64,000 nt of DNA from an uncultured Peptococcaceae bacterium (GTDB taxonomy: Bacteria; Bacillota; Dehalobacteriia; UBA4068; UBA4997), in contig CANQPG010000004.1 of NCBI GenBank assembly GCA_947625705.1, positions 1,484-65,483 on the forward strand, given 5' to 3'. Shown here in pieces: positions 30,166 through 41,520 of the stretch. Each line of letters starts with the position of its first letter. Positions within the stretch are counted from its first letter, which is position 1. The position numbers and the translations under genes are program-made. The notes below the pieces were generated by a model. That model had not been told where the DNA came from. It ran no database searches and saw nothing but the letters and a program-made list of their open reading frames with translations.

Positions 30166-30178
30166 GGAGGGAAAGAGC

Positions 30179-31279
30179 TTGGAAAAGGAAATCGGCAGAA
30201 ACGTGTTTTCCAACCGGGATAGCCAGCCGGAAAGCCGCGATGATTTTGAAGCGCGGCGCGTCATCTCCGCCCATTCCAACATCGAGGACGCGGCGGCAGA
30301 GCCCAGCTTCCGCCCGCAGAGCTTCACTGATTACATCGGCCAGCAGCGGGTAAAAGAGAATATGGAAGTCTTCATCAAGGCGGCCAAGGCGCGCGGCGAG
30401 GCGCTGGATCACATTCTGCTTTACGGCCCGCCCGGCCTCGTCAAAACCACGCTGGCCGGTATCATCGCCAACGAGCTGGGGGTATCCCTGAAGGTGACCT
30501 CCGGACCCGCCATCGAACACGCGGGCGATCTGGCTTCAATTCTGACCAGCCTCGCGCCGAACGACGTGCTGTTTATCGACGAGATACACCGCCTGAACCG
30601 TGCGGTGGAGGAGGTTCTCTACCCCGCGATGGAGGATTTCCACATCGACATTATGATGGGCAAAGGCCCCGGCGCGCAGACCATACACCTGCCGCTGGCG
30701 CCGTTTACGCTGGTGGGGGCAACGACGCGCGTCGGCATGCTGACCGCGCCGCTCCGTGACCGCTTCGGCGTTATCAGCCGTCTGGAATATTACACACCGG
30801 AAGAGCTTTTTCAGATATTAAAGCGCAGCGCCCTGCTGCTGAACATCGAGATAACCGACGAGGGCGCGGCGGAAATTGCCGGGCGTTCGCGCGGCACGCC
30901 GCGTATCGCCAACCGGCTGCTGCGGCGGGTGCGCGATTTTGCCTGCGTGAAAGGGAACGGCGTTATCGACGGCGAGATGGCAAAATACGCGCTGGAGCTG
31001 TTGGATATCGACCAAAAGGGGCTGGATAAAACCGACCAAAAGGTTTTGCTCACCCTGATCGAAACGTTCGGCGGCGGCCCCGTGGGGCTGGACACCATCG
31101 CGGCCACCATCAGCGAGTCGGTGGATACGATTTATGACGTCTGCGAGCCGTATCTTTTGCAGCTGGGCTTTTTGAACCGCACGCCGCGCGGCCGCACGGC
31201 CACGGCGGAAGCATACCGGTATCTCGGCATTGAGCCGCCGCAGGGCAAATCGTTTGAGGGCAATTTGTTCAACGCATGA
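30179..31279 (+). CDS. ruvB: Holliday junction branch migration ATPase RuvB (atypical P-loop GPPGLVKT)
   Basis: TTG start after an AAGGAGGG RBS. AAA+ motifs are [10 protein letters not shown] and GATTR. Walker A reads GPPGLVKT rather than GPPGLGKT. Confidence 0.9.
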   Translation: MEKEIGRNVFSNRDSQPESRDDFEARRVISAHSNIEDAAAEPSFRPQSFTDYIGQQRVKENMEVFIKAAKARGEALDHILLYGPPGLVKTTLAGIIANELGVSLKVTSGPAIEHAGDLASILTSLAPNDVLFIDEIHRLNRAVEEVLYPAMEDFHIDIMMGKGPGAQTIHLPLAPFTLVGATTRVGMLTAPLRDRFGVISRLEYYTPEELFQILKRSALLLNIEITDEGAAEIAGRSRGTPRIANRLLRRVRDFACVKGNGVIDGEMAKYALELLDIDQKGLDKTDQKVLLTLIETFGGGPVGLDTIAATISESVDTIYDVCEPYLLQLGFLNRTPRGRTATAEAYRYLGIEPPQGKSFEGNLFNA

Positions 31280-31297
31280 TTTAATAGAGGTGATAAT

Positions 31298-31912
31298 ATG
31301 AAGCTGCTGCTGCATTGCTGCTGCGCGCCGTGCAGCGTTATGCCGCTTCGCCTGCTGCGGGCGGACGGCATTGAGCCTGCCGCTTTCTTCTATAACCCCA
31401 ATATCCACCCGTACCGGGAGTATAAAAAACGCCGCAACACTTTCCGCGAATATATGGAGAGCCAGCACGTTTCTTTCGCCATGCTGGACGATTATAATAT
31501 GGAAGCGTTTTTGGCTGGCGTGGCCGACCACCCCGAGGCGCGCTGCGGTTTTTGCTATCAGATACGGCTGCGCGAGGCTGCCAAATTCGCGGCGGAACAC
31601 GGCTTTGACACGCTTTCCACCAGTCTGCTCGTCAGCCCTTACCAGAAGCATGAGCTGATCAAAATTGCGGGCGAAAAGGCGGCGGCGGAATTTGGGCTGG
31701 ACTTTTACTACCGCGATTTTCGGCCTTATTTTCAGGAGGGGCAGGAGATCGCGCGGGCGGCGGGCTTGTATTTGCAGGGCTACTGCGGCTGCGTTTACAG
31801 CGAGAAAGACCGCTATTTTAAGCCCAAGGCACAACCCCTGATACTGGACAACAAATGGCAGAAGCGCGAGAACCAGCGCGCCAAAACTAACCATGCAGCA
31901 AAGGCGGAATAA
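31298..31912 (+). CDS. queH: Epoxyqueuosine reductase QueH (DUF208)
   Basis: LLLHCCCAPCS, ARCGFCY and GYCGCVYSE Cys motifs. It lies in a queA-tgt neighbourhood. Confidence 0.85.
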   Translation: MKLLLHCCCAPCSVMPLRLLRADGIEPAAFFYNPNIHPYREYKKRRNTFREYMESQHVSFAMLDDYNMEAFLAGVADHPEARCGFCYQIRLREAAKFAAEHGFDTLSTSLLVSPYQKHELIKIAGEKAAAEFGLDFYYRDFRPYFQEGQEIARAAGLYLQGYCGCVYSEKDRYFKPKAQPLILDNKWQKRENQRAKTNHAAKAE

Positions 31913-31913
31913 T

Positions 31914-33344
31914 ATGCTGGCACTTTTCACCCGGAACAAAACGGCATTTGGGCGGGCGGCGCGGCTCATCTTGGCGGCGCTGGCTTTGCTGTGCCTTTGC
32001 CCCGGCATGGCGCAGGCGGCCACCATTCGCGTCTGCCTGCAAACGGCGGCGACGGACAGCGAGTTTGCCGTGCGGGACGGTTTTTATGAGGTGCGGGGCG
32101 GCAACCTTGCAGCGGAGACGCTCTGCGAGGCGGAAGCGGGCGACATTATCCGCGTGACCAAGGGCGGCTCCGGCTTCACTGTGTATCTGAACGGGCAGAA
32201 GCAGGGCAGTTCCGCCGCCAATGTGTCGCTGCTGGCCGAGGACGACGAGGACTGTGCCGTTAAATTCGGCGGCAAGGTCTACCGCGGCAGCTTTTCCGTG
32301 CTGACCAACGGCTATGTGCTGAACGTGCTGGATCTGGAATACTATCTTTACGGCGTGGTGGGCGAGGAGATCGGCTATAACGCGCCGGAGGAAGCGCTGA
32401 AAACGCAGGCCATCGTCGCGCGCTCATACGCGGCCTATTATATGGGCGGCACGTATTATGACGTGCTGGCCACCAACGCCAGCCAGGTCTACGGCGGACT
32501 TTCCGTTGAGGAAGCGCATGACAGCAAAGCCGTGCGCCGCGCGGTGGACGATACGGCGGGGCAAGTGCTTTATTATGACGGCGATCTGGTGGAGGCCGTG
32601 TTTTCCAGCAGCGCCGGCGGCTATACCGAGAATAACGAAAACGTCTGGGACGGCAATGCCATACCGTATCTGCGCGGCGTTGAATCGCCCTACGACGAGG
32701 ATTACAGCAACTATACCTGGCAGGTGACGTATACCCCCGCCCAGCTGAAAAGCCTGGCCGAGACGTATATGCAGCGGATCAAGCAGAGCGGCAGCTTCGG
32801 CAGTTTTGTGCGGCTGGAGGTCTCATATCAGGCGGCGGACGGCAATGATACCGTTTCCGGACGCGCCACCCGCGCCACGCTGATCGGCACCCAGGGCAGC
32901 GTCACCGCCAAAAATGACGCGGTGCGCACCATGCTGGGCTTAAAAAGCACGCTGTTTAAAGTGACGGCGGGAGCTTCGGCAGAAATTGCCGACCCGATCG
33001 ATGAGGTTTACGTCCTCGCCGCCAACGGCGACTTGGAAAAGCGCCCGGTGGAGAAAATCTACGCCATCGGCGCGGGCGACGTGATAGAGCAGCTGGGCGA
33101 CCTGACCGAGGCTTATATGCGCAGCGCCGCCGGGCTTATCTCGTTTGCCAGCGGGGCGGCAGGCAGCTTAGCCGACGCGGGCGAGGGCGTGACCATTAAC
33201 GGCGGCGGCTGGGGCCACGGCGTAGGCTTAAGCCAGTTCGGCGCCATCGGCATGGCGGCGGACGGCTACACCGCCGAAGAGATACTGGAACATTATTACG
33301 GCGGCGAGAACCCGCGCAAGCTGAAAATCGACGATTTGGATTAG
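31914..33344 (+). CDS. SpoIID/LytB-domain protein (lytic transglycosylase/amidase enhancer family)
   Basis: Has a signal peptide. SpoIID core: YLYGVVGEEIG...EALKTQAIVARSYA...QVYGG...VFSSSAGGYTENNENVW. An alternative ATG lies at 31893. Confidence 0.85.
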   Translation: MLALFTRNKTAFGRAARLILAALALLCLCPGMAQAATIRVCLQTAATDSEFAVRDGFYEVRGGNLAAETLCEAEAGDIIRVTKGGSGFTVYLNGQKQGSSAANVSLLAEDDEDCAVKFGGKVYRGSFSVLTNGYVLNVLDLEYYLYGVVGEEIGYNAPEEALKTQAIVARSYAAYYMGGTYYDVLATNASQVYGGLSVEEAHDSKAVRRAVDDTAGQVLYYDGDLVEAVFSSSAGGYTENNENVWDGNAIPYLRGVESPYDEDYSNYTWQVTYTPAQLKSLAETYMQRIKQSGSFGSFVRLEVSYQAADGNDTVSGRATRATLIGTQGSVTAKNDAVRTMLGLKSTLFKVTAGASAEIADPIDEVYVLAANGDLEKRPVEKIYAIGAGDVIEQLGDLTEAYMRSAAGLISFASGAAGSLADAGEGVTINGGGWGHGVGLSQFGAIGMAADGYTAEEILEHYYGGENPRKLKIDDLD

Positions 33345-33355
33345 AGGTTATTATA

Positions 33356-34378
33356 ATGAAACTGGAAGAATTTGTTTATGACCTGCCGGAGCGCCTGATC
33401 GCACAGACCCCGGTGGAGCCGCGCGACGCGTCGCGCCTTTTGGTGCTGCACCGCGCGGACGGCAGCCTGGAGCATAAGCATTTTTATGACGTGATCGATT
33501 ATCTTGACCCCAAAGACGTGCTGGTCATCAACCACACCAAGGTTCTGCCCGCCCGCCTTTGGGCGCACCGTGCTTCCGGCGCGCTGATCGAGGTTCTGCT
33601 GGTGCAGCAGGTCGATCTTAACCACTGGAAAGCGCTGGTACGCCCCGGCCGCAAAGCCCGCCCCGGCGAACACCTGACGTTTGCCGAGGGACTGCTGGAA
33701 GGCACCGTGGAGGAAGTGGTGGAGGAGGGCATGCGCCTGATCCGCTTCGATTATCAGGGCAATTTTATGGAGATACTGGACAAGCTCGGCACCATGCCGC
33801 TGCCGCCCTATATCCATGAGGAGCTGAAAGACCAGAGCCGCTATCAGTGCGTCTACGCCAAAGACCCCGGCTCGGCCGCCGCGCCCACCGCCGGGCTGCA
33901 CTTCACCAACGAGCTGTTGGATAAGATCCGCGCCAAGGGCGTGGCCGTGGCCGAGGTGCTGCTGAACGTCGGCCTTGGCACTTTCCGCCCCGTCAAGGTG
34001 GAAAATATCGAGGAACACCAAATGCACTCGGAGTATTACTCGGTGGACGAGGCGACTGCCAATCTTATCAACGAACGGCGGGCGGCGGGCGGCCGCATTG
34101 TGGCCGTCGGCACCACCAGCACCCGAACGCTGGAGACCGTCTCCACCGAGGACGGCGTCGTCCACGCAGGAAGCGGCTGGACGCAGAAATTCATCTACCC
34201 CGGCTATCATTATAAGGCGGTGGACGCGCTGATCACCAACTTCCACCTGCCGGGCAGCACGCTGATGATGCTGGTTTCGGCCTTTGCCACACGGGAGCAG
34301 ATCATGCAGGCGTATCAAACGGCGGTGGCGGACGAATACCGCTTTTTCAGCTTCGGCGACGCCATGCTGATATTATAA
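33356..34378 (+). CDS. queA: S-adenosylmethionine:tRNA ribosyltransferase-isomerase
   Basis: 340 aa. MKLEEFVYDLPERLIAQTPVEPRDASRLLV... with AAPTAGLHFT and VGTTSTRTLE. Confidence 0.93.
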   Translation: MKLEEFVYDLPERLIAQTPVEPRDASRLLVLHRADGSLEHKHFYDVIDYLDPKDVLVINHTKVLPARLWAHRASGALIEVLLVQQVDLNHWKALVRPGRKARPGEHLTFAEGLLEGTVEEVVEEGMRLIRFDYQGNFMEILDKLGTMPLPPYIHEELKDQSRYQCVYAKDPGSAAAPTAGLHFTNELLDKIRAKGVAVAEVLLNVGLGTFRPVKVENIEEHQMHSEYYSVDEATANLINERRAAGGRIVAVGTTSTRTLETVSTEDGVVHAGSGWTQKFIYPGYHYKAVDALITNFHLPGSTLMMLVSAFATREQIMQAYQTAVADEYRFFSFGDAMLIL

Positions 34379-34386
34379 TGAGGTGA

Positions 34387-35493
<1,107 letters not shown>

Positions 35494-35599
35494 GCAGGAA
35501 TATGCACCTGCCCGGCGAATATAAATAAGGTTATTGTGCCGTGGCTGGCAATATTGCCATATTCGGCGCAAAATATAGAAAAGACGAGGTGTCTGGTTA

Positions 35600-35938
35600 A
35601 TGGGAAGCGAAACAATGTATACCGTCGGCTATATCGTGCTGATGATTGCTTTATTCTATTTTCTGCTGATCAAACCGCAGCAGAAGATGCAGAAGAAGCG
35701 CGCCGACATGCTGAGCAACCTCCGCGTGGACGATAAGGTGGTCACCGTGGGCGGTATTGTCGGCATTGTCACCGAGATCATGGACGACAGCGTGTGGCTG
35801 GAAGTCTCCGAGGACGTGGAGATCGAACTGAAAAAATCCGGCATAGCGGCGCTGGCCAAAGATAACGACGCGGCTCCGGCACGGTTGGAAGCAGCAAAAG
35901 CCGAGGCAGAGGACGAGGAAGACCCCGGCATAAAGTAA
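35600..35938 (+). CDS. yajC: Preprotein translocase subunit YajC
   Basis: A single TM segment followed by LIKPQQKMQKKRADMLSNLRVDDKVVTVGGIVG, with an acidic tail. Confidence 0.85.
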   Translation: MGSETMYTVGYIVLMIALFYFLLIKPQQKMQKKRADMLSNLRVDDKVVTVGGIVGIVTEIMDDSVWLEVSEDVEIELKKSGIAALAKDNDAAPARLEAAKAEAEDEEDPGIK

Positions 35939-36007
35939 AAAATTCCGCCAAAAGCCGCCAGGCTTCGGGCGTTAATATTTTGCTATTTTTAAGGAGGCTT
36001 TTTTCAG

Positions 36008-37252
36008 ATGAAAAAGGGAGGTATTTGGCTCACCCTGTTCATAGTGGTGCTGGCGGCTGCCGTCGTCGGCTCGCTGGGCTATCTCCGGGATAACATCAAC
36101 CTGGGGCTTGATTTGCAGGGCGGCGCCGAAGTAGTTTTGCAGGCTTTGCCCGATGAGGGCGAAACCGTTTCCGCCGAGGACATGGAAGCGCTGAAAGAAA
36201 TCATGCGCAACCGTGTGGATAACATCGGCGTTTCCGAGCCGATCATTCAGCTGGAGGGCGACGACCGCATTATCGTGCAGTTGGCCGGTGTGGACAACCC
36301 CGACGACGCGATCGAGATCCTCGGCAAAACCGCCAAATTGGAATTCGTCGATCCGCACGGCAACGTGATCCTGACCGGCGCTGATCTGGCTGACGCTAAG
36401 GGCGTGCGCAATCAGGGCGCCACCGACCCGCGTGAGGAAAATGTTATCTCGCTGCAATTCAACGAGGCCGGCACCAAGGCATTCGCCGACGCTACCAGCA
36501 AGTTTTTGGGGCAGAACATCTCCATCTATCTGGACGACGAGCTGCTGATCGACGCCACGGTGAGAACCGTGATCTCCAACGGCCAGGCGCAGATCTCCGG
36601 CGGCTACACGCTGGAACAGGCCGTGGCTGAGGCTGCGGTGCTGAAAGGCGGCGCTCTGCCGGTGGACGTTGACATCATGAGCAAGCGCACCGTCGGCCCC
36701 TCGCTCGGCGCGGACTCGCTGCAAAAGAGCATGTATGCCGGTTTGGTCGGCATGGCGTTGCTGCTGCTGTTCATTATCATTTATTACCGCCTGCCCGGCG
36801 TGGTGGCGGCACTGTCGCTGGTCGTTTACACGCTGGTGCTGCTCTGGCTGATGTGCTGGCTGCACATTACGCTGACGCTGCCCGGTATCGCCGGCGTCCT
36901 GTTAAGTATCGGCATGGCGGTTGACGCCAACATTATTATTTACGAAAGGCTGCGTGAGGAGTTGGCCACAGAAAAATCGCTGGCCGCCTCGGTAACCGCG
37001 GCTTTCCGCCGCGCGCTGTGGACGATTTTGGACTCTAACATCACCACGCTTTTGGCCACCGTCGTGCTGTTCCAGTTCGGCACCGGCTCGGTACAGGGCT
37101 TTGCCGTAACGCTGGCCGTTGGTATTGTCGTCAGCATGTTCTCGGCGCTGTTCATCACGCGCTATCTGCTGAAGTGGTGCGCGGCTGTTCCTGCGTTTGC
37201 CGCTCACCCCGCGCTTTTCGGCGCTAAGAAAGGGGGCGCTGTCCGTGGCTAA
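36008..37252 (+). CDS. secD: Protein translocase subunit SecD
   Basis: 414 aa with LGLDLQGG, a periplasmic-type P1 domain, and a C-terminal six-TM region (SIGMAVDANIIIYERL). Confidence 0.92.
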   Translation: MKKGGIWLTLFIVVLAAAVVGSLGYLRDNINLGLDLQGGAEVVLQALPDEGETVSAEDMEALKEIMRNRVDNIGVSEPIIQLEGDDRIIVQLAGVDNPDDAIEILGKTAKLEFVDPHGNVILTGADLADAKGVRNQGATDPREENVISLQFNEAGTKAFADATSKFLGQNISIYLDDELLIDATVRTVISNGQAQISGGYTLEQAVAEAAVLKGGALPVDVDIMSKRTVGPSLGADSLQKSMYAGLVGMALLLLFIIIYYRLPGVVAALSLVVYTLVLLWLMCWLHITLTLPGIAGVLLSIGMAVDANIIIYERLREELATEKSLAASVTAAFRRALWTILDSNITTLLATVVLFQFGTGSVQGFAVTLAVGIVVSMFSALFITRYLLKWCAAVPAFAAHPALFGAKKGGAVRG

Positions 37253-38165
37253 GGCTAACTTTGATTTTCTGGGCAGACGCAAAATTTGGTATGCCATTTC
37301 CCTCGTCATTATCATCGCCGGTTTGGCTTCGCTGATCTTCCGCGGGCTGAACCTGGGCATTGATTTCACCGGCGGCAATATTTTGCAGCTGCAATTTGAG
37401 CAGACCGTGACCGCCGAGGATCTGCGCGCCAAAGTCTCTGAATACGTGGAAGCGACGCCGACCATTCAGGAAAGCGACGCCAACACTTTCCTTATCCGCA
37501 CCGAGGATATGGCGGAGGAGACCAGCAACGCGCTTTTGAGCGATATTGAGACCAACCTTTCGCCGTTTGAAATTCTGCGCAACGAGCGTATCGGCCCGGT
37601 CATCGGCCAGGAGCTGATCGCCAACGCCTGGATGGCGTTGGTGCTGGCGCTGATCTTAATGCTGATCTATATCACCATTCGTTTCCGCTTTAACTTCGCG
37701 GTTTCGGCAATCGTGCCGTTGATGCACGACGCGCTGGTGATGATCGGCCTGTTCTCGATCCTGCAATTCGAGGTGGACAGCACCTTCGTGGCAGCGATCC
37801 TCACCATTCTCGGTTATTCGATCAACAGCACCATCGTTATCTTCGACCGTATCCGTGAAAACCGCGAGCTGCGTCCCCGCCAGAATTTCAACGAGCTGGT
37901 GAACGACAGTATCAACCAGACGCTGGGGCGTTCCATCAACACATCGGTGGCCGTGCTGCTGCTGGTCGTCTGCCTGTTGCTGTTCGGCGGCGACACCACC
38001 CGCGCATTCTCGATGGCGTTGGTTATCGGTATCCTTTCCGGCGCGTATTCTTCCGTGTTCATTGCCGGCTCCATTCTGGCTGACATCACGCGGCTGCGCG
38101 GCGGCGAAAAGGACGCAAAACCTGCCAAAAAAAGCAAGAAAAATGACGCCAAGGTGATTGTTTAA
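37245..38165 (+). CDS. secF: Protein translocase subunit SecF
   Basis: The GTG start overlaps the secD stop by 8 nt. Motifs (V)AKANFDFLGRRKIWYAIS, LGIDFTGG and GYSINSTIVIFDRIREN. Confidence 0.9.
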   Translation: MAKANFDFLGRRKIWYAISLVIIIAGLASLIFRGLNLGIDFTGGNILQLQFEQTVTAEDLRAKVSEYVEATPTIQESDANTFLIRTEDMAEETSNALLSDIETNLSPFEILRNERIGPVIGQELIANAWMALVLALILMLIYITIRFRFNFAVSAIVPLMHDALVMIGLFSILQFEVDSTFVAAILTILGYSINSTIVIFDRIRENRELRPRQNFNELVNDSINQTLGRSINTSVAVLLLVVCLLLFGGDTTRAFSMALVIGILSGAYSSVFIAGSILADITRLRGGEKDAKPAKKSKKNDAKVIV

Positions 38166-38262
38166 ACCGATTGCCGCAATTTGATATTTCTTATCTGCTG
38201 GAGCTTTTGCCGCCAAACCCGGTGAAAGCTCTAGCCGTATTATTAGATAGGAGTTTGAAGTT

Positions 38263-40074
38263 TTGCTTACTGTGAACGAAAAAAAATGGGTGCTGCGCGG
38301 CTGCCGGGTCAGCGCCGAGGAGGTCACGGCCACGGCCAAACGGCTGGGTCTATCCATGTCGGCGGCGCGGCTTTTGGCGGTGCGCGGGCTGGTGGAGCAG
38401 GCGGATATTCAGGATTATTTCACCACCTCACTGGATATGCTGCACGCACCGGAGCTGCTGAAAGATATGGACAAAGCGTGTCATATACTGCTTGCGGCGG
38501 TGCAGAATGGCGAGGAAATTGCCGTGTTCGGCGATTATGACGCCGACGGTATCACCAGCACCAGCATCATGTCGCTGGTGTTGCAGCGGCTTTCTGCCCG
38601 CGCCCGCTATTACATACCCCGCCGGGACAGCGAGGGCTACGGCCTGAACGACCAGGCGGTGCAAAAGCTCGCGGCGGACGGCGTCAAAATTCTGCTGACG
38701 CTGGATAACGGCATTGCCGCCTTTGACCAGGTGCGTCTGGCCAAGGAACTGGGGCTTACCGTCATCATCGCCGACCACCACGAGGTGCCGTTTGACATCA
38801 TGGCCGAGGGCGACGTTTATAAGGTGCCGCCCGCCGACGCGGTCATCGACCCCAAGCAGCGCGACTGCCCGTATCCTTTCAAGTCGATCTGCGCCGGCAT
38901 GATCGCCTATAAAATGGCCGAGCGGCTCTATCAGCTCTCGGGGCGCGATTTTGCCACCGATCAGTTGGAATATCTGGTTTTCGCGGCCATCGCCACCGTC
39001 TGTGATATCATGGATCTGACGGACGAAAACCGTGAGCTGGTGAAATACGCGCTGGCGCATATGGCGGAAACGCCGAATTTGGGGCTGCGGGCGCTCTTGG
39101 AGGTCAATGGGCTGGAGCCGAGCCACCTCACCTCGTCGCACATCGGCTTTACGCTGGGGCCGTGCATCAACGCCAGCGGGCGGCTGGAAAACGCGGCGCT
39201 GGCCGTGGAGCTTTTCCTCGCCGAGGATTACGACCGCGCGCTGGAGCTGGCGCGCCACCTGTGCGAGCTGAACGCCCGCCGCAAGGATCTCTCCGGTGAG
39301 GGCGTGACCAAGATACGCGCCGAAATTGAGGCCAAGGGCTACGCGGATAGCAAGGTCATCGTGGTGCATCAACCGGAGCTGACTGAAAGCGTCGCCGGTA
39401 TCGTGGCCGGGCGCATTAAGGAGATTTACAACCGCCCGACTTTCGTGCTGGCGGGGGATAAAGAGCTGGTGAAAGGCTCCGGCCGCTCGGTGGAGGGCTT
39501 CAACATGTTTAAGGCGCTGGTGGAATGTGCCGATTTGCTGGATATGTTCGGCGGGCATTTTATGGCCACCGGGCTGACCATTCAGCGCGACAGGATCGAG
39601 GAGCTGCGCCGCCGCCTGAATGAAAACTGCCAAATGGCGACCGCCGATATGCTGCCCGTCACCTACATTGATCTGGCGCTGCCGGTGGAGCGGGCGCTGG
39701 CGTCGATGGGGTTTGCGCAGTTTATCGCGGACATGGCGCCGTTCGGCCACGGCAACCCCGCGCCTCTCTTTGGCGACCGGGACTTGGCCGTGCGCCGTAT
39801 CCAACTGCTGGGCAAGGACAGGCAGATAATCCGCTTCTATTTTGCCAACCGGCAGGGGCAGGGGCTTACGAGCGCGATATCTTTCCGCCGTCTGGACGAG
39901 TTCCGCGAGCTGGTATTGGCAACGGGCGGCGAGGAGATGTGGCAGCGGCTCTTAAAAGGCCAGCCGACCAACCTCTCGCTGGATATCGTCTATGCGATCG
40001 AAATCAACGAATTTCAGGGCAGCAAGAGCGTGCAGCTGCAGATCAAAGACCTGCGCCTGCACAACCGCCGCTGA
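38263..40074 (+). CDS. recJ: Single-stranded-DNA-specific exonuclease RecJ
   Basis: DHH motifs GDYDADGITS, TLDNG and IIADHHE, plus a DHHA1 region GGHFMATG. The start is TTG. Confidence 0.92.
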   Translation: MLTVNEKKWVLRGCRVSAEEVTATAKRLGLSMSAARLLAVRGLVEQADIQDYFTTSLDMLHAPELLKDMDKACHILLAAVQNGEEIAVFGDYDADGITSTSIMSLVLQRLSARARYYIPRRDSEGYGLNDQAVQKLAADGVKILLTLDNGIAAFDQVRLAKELGLTVIIADHHEVPFDIMAEGDVYKVPPADAVIDPKQRDCPYPFKSICAGMIAYKMAERLYQLSGRDFATDQLEYLVFAAIATVCDIMDLTDENRELVKYALAHMAETPNLGLRALLEVNGLEPSHLTSSHIGFTLGPCINASGRLENAALAVELFLAEDYDRALELARHLCELNARRKDLSGEGVTKIRAEIEAKGYADSKVIVVHQPELTESVAGIVAGRIKEIYNRPTFVLAGDKELVKGSGRSVEGFNMFKALVECADLLDMFGGHFMATGLTIQRDRIEELRRRLNENCQMATADMLPVTYIDLALPVERALASMGFAQFIADMAPFGHGNPAPLFGDRDLAVRRIQLLGKDRQIIRFYFANRQGQGLTSAISFRRLDEFRELVLATGGEEMWQRLLKGQPTNLSLDIVYAIEINEFQGSKSVQLQIKDLRLHNRR

Positions 40075-40092
40075 TTTTTGAGGAGTTTTAAT

Positions 40093-41415
40093 ATGAAGTT
40101 TTATATCAAGACATTTGGCTGCCAGATGAACGAGCATGATTCCGAGATCATTGCCGGGGTGCTGCAGCAGGCGGGCTATCAGCCCTGCGGCGAGCTTGAC
40201 GCGGCGGATATCATCGTCGTGAACACCTGCTGTATCCGCGAAAGCGCCGAAAACAAAATTTGGGGCTATATCGGCAACCTGAAAAACGCCAAGTACAAAA
40301 AGCCCGGCGTGATCATCGCCGTGCTGGGCTGCATGACCCAGCAGACCACCATCGGCGACGCGCTGAAACGCTACGGCAGCCATATCGACATCGTGCTGGG
40401 GACTTATCAGCAGCACCGCCTGCCGGAATACATCACGCGGGCGCTGGCAGGTTCCGGGCAAATTGTCGATATTTCCGAAGATAACCGCGACTTTCCGGAC
40501 GAGCTGCCCGCCGTGCGCGTGGGCGGCGTCACCGCGCAGGTCAACATCAGCTATGGCTGCAACAACTTCTGTTCTTATTGCATTGTGCCGTATGTGCGCG
40601 GGCGGGAGCGCAGCCGCAGTCTGAACGCTATTTTGGCGGAAATTCGGGAAGCGGCGGCGGCCGGCTGCAAGGAGATCATGCTGCTGGGACAAAACGTCAA
40701 TTCCTACGGCAAGGATCTGCGCAAAGCGGGGCAAACCGACGCACCGGATTTTGCCGCCGTGCTTAAGGCCGCCTGCGCCGTGCCCGGCATTGAGCGGGTG
40801 CGCTATATGAGTTCTCACCCGCGGGATTTTTCGCCTGAGCTGGTGGACGAGATAAGTCTCCTCCCGCAGGTGCGCGCTTATTACCACCTGCCGCTGCAAT
40901 CGGGCTGTAACAAAACGCTTCGGGCGATGAACCGTGGCTATGACACCGCGCGCTACGCCGAGATCATCGACCGTATCCGCGCCAAAACGCCCGCGGCCGC
41001 CGTCACCACAGACATCATCGTGGGGTTCCCCGGCGAGACGGAGGAGGATTTCCGGGCTTCGCTGGATTTCATCGCCCGCTGCCGCTTTGACGCGGCCTAT
41101 ACGTTTATCTATTCGCCGCGCTCCGGTACGCCCGCGGCCAAAATGGCGGAGCAGGTGCCGCTTGCCGTCAAAAAAGCGCGCTTGCAGCGTTTGACCACTC
41201 TGCAAAACCAGATCAGCCTGGCCAAAAATCAGGCGTATATCGGCCAAACGGTGCGGGTGCTGGTGGAGGGGCCGAGCAAGAACAACCCGGAGCTTCTCAC
41301 CGGGCGGACGGAAAGCAACAAAATCGTTATCCTGCGCGGCGGGGCAGAGCTTATCAACCAAATTACGGCGGTTGAGATTACCGGGGCTAAGACCTGGCAC
41401 CTGGAAGCATTATAA
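40093..41415 (+). CDS. miaB: tRNA-2-methylthio-N6-dimethylallyladenosine synthase MiaB
   Basis: MKFYIKTFGCQMNEHDSE (UPF0004 domain), radical-SAM motif CNNFCSYC, and a TRAM C-terminus. GAGGAG RBS. Confidence 0.93.
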   Translation: MKFYIKTFGCQMNEHDSEIIAGVLQQAGYQPCGELDAADIIVVNTCCIRESAENKIWGYIGNLKNAKYKKPGVIIAVLGCMTQQTTIGDALKRYGSHIDIVLGTYQQHRLPEYITRALAGSGQIVDISEDNRDFPDELPAVRVGGVTAQVNISYGCNNFCSYCIVPYVRGRERSRSLNAILAEIREAAAAGCKEIMLLGQNVNSYGKDLRKAGQTDAPDFAAVLKAACAVPGIERVRYMSSHPRDFSPELVDEISLLPQVRAYYHLPLQSGCNKTLRAMNRGYDTARYAEIIDRIRAKTPAAAVTTDIIVGFPGETEEDFRASLDFIARCRFDAAYTFIYSPRSGTPAAKMAEQVPLAVKKARLQRLTTLQNQISLAKNQAYIGQTVRVLVEGPSKNNPELLTGRTESNKIVILRGGAELINQITAVEITGAKTWHLEAL

Positions 41416-41520
41416 TAGTGGCATTATAATAGAAAGATTTATGCGCTGATTTTGCCGGAATTTTCCACCTAAAAGCTGCAATTTTGCCGGCATTTTCAGC
41501 GTAATTTTTAAGCGGGAGGA

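Noticed and set aside
35546-35559. Perfect 14-nt palindrome TGGCAATATTGCCA upstream of yajC
   Set aside because: It is short enough to occur by chance, and no second copy or associated regulator gene is present in the window.
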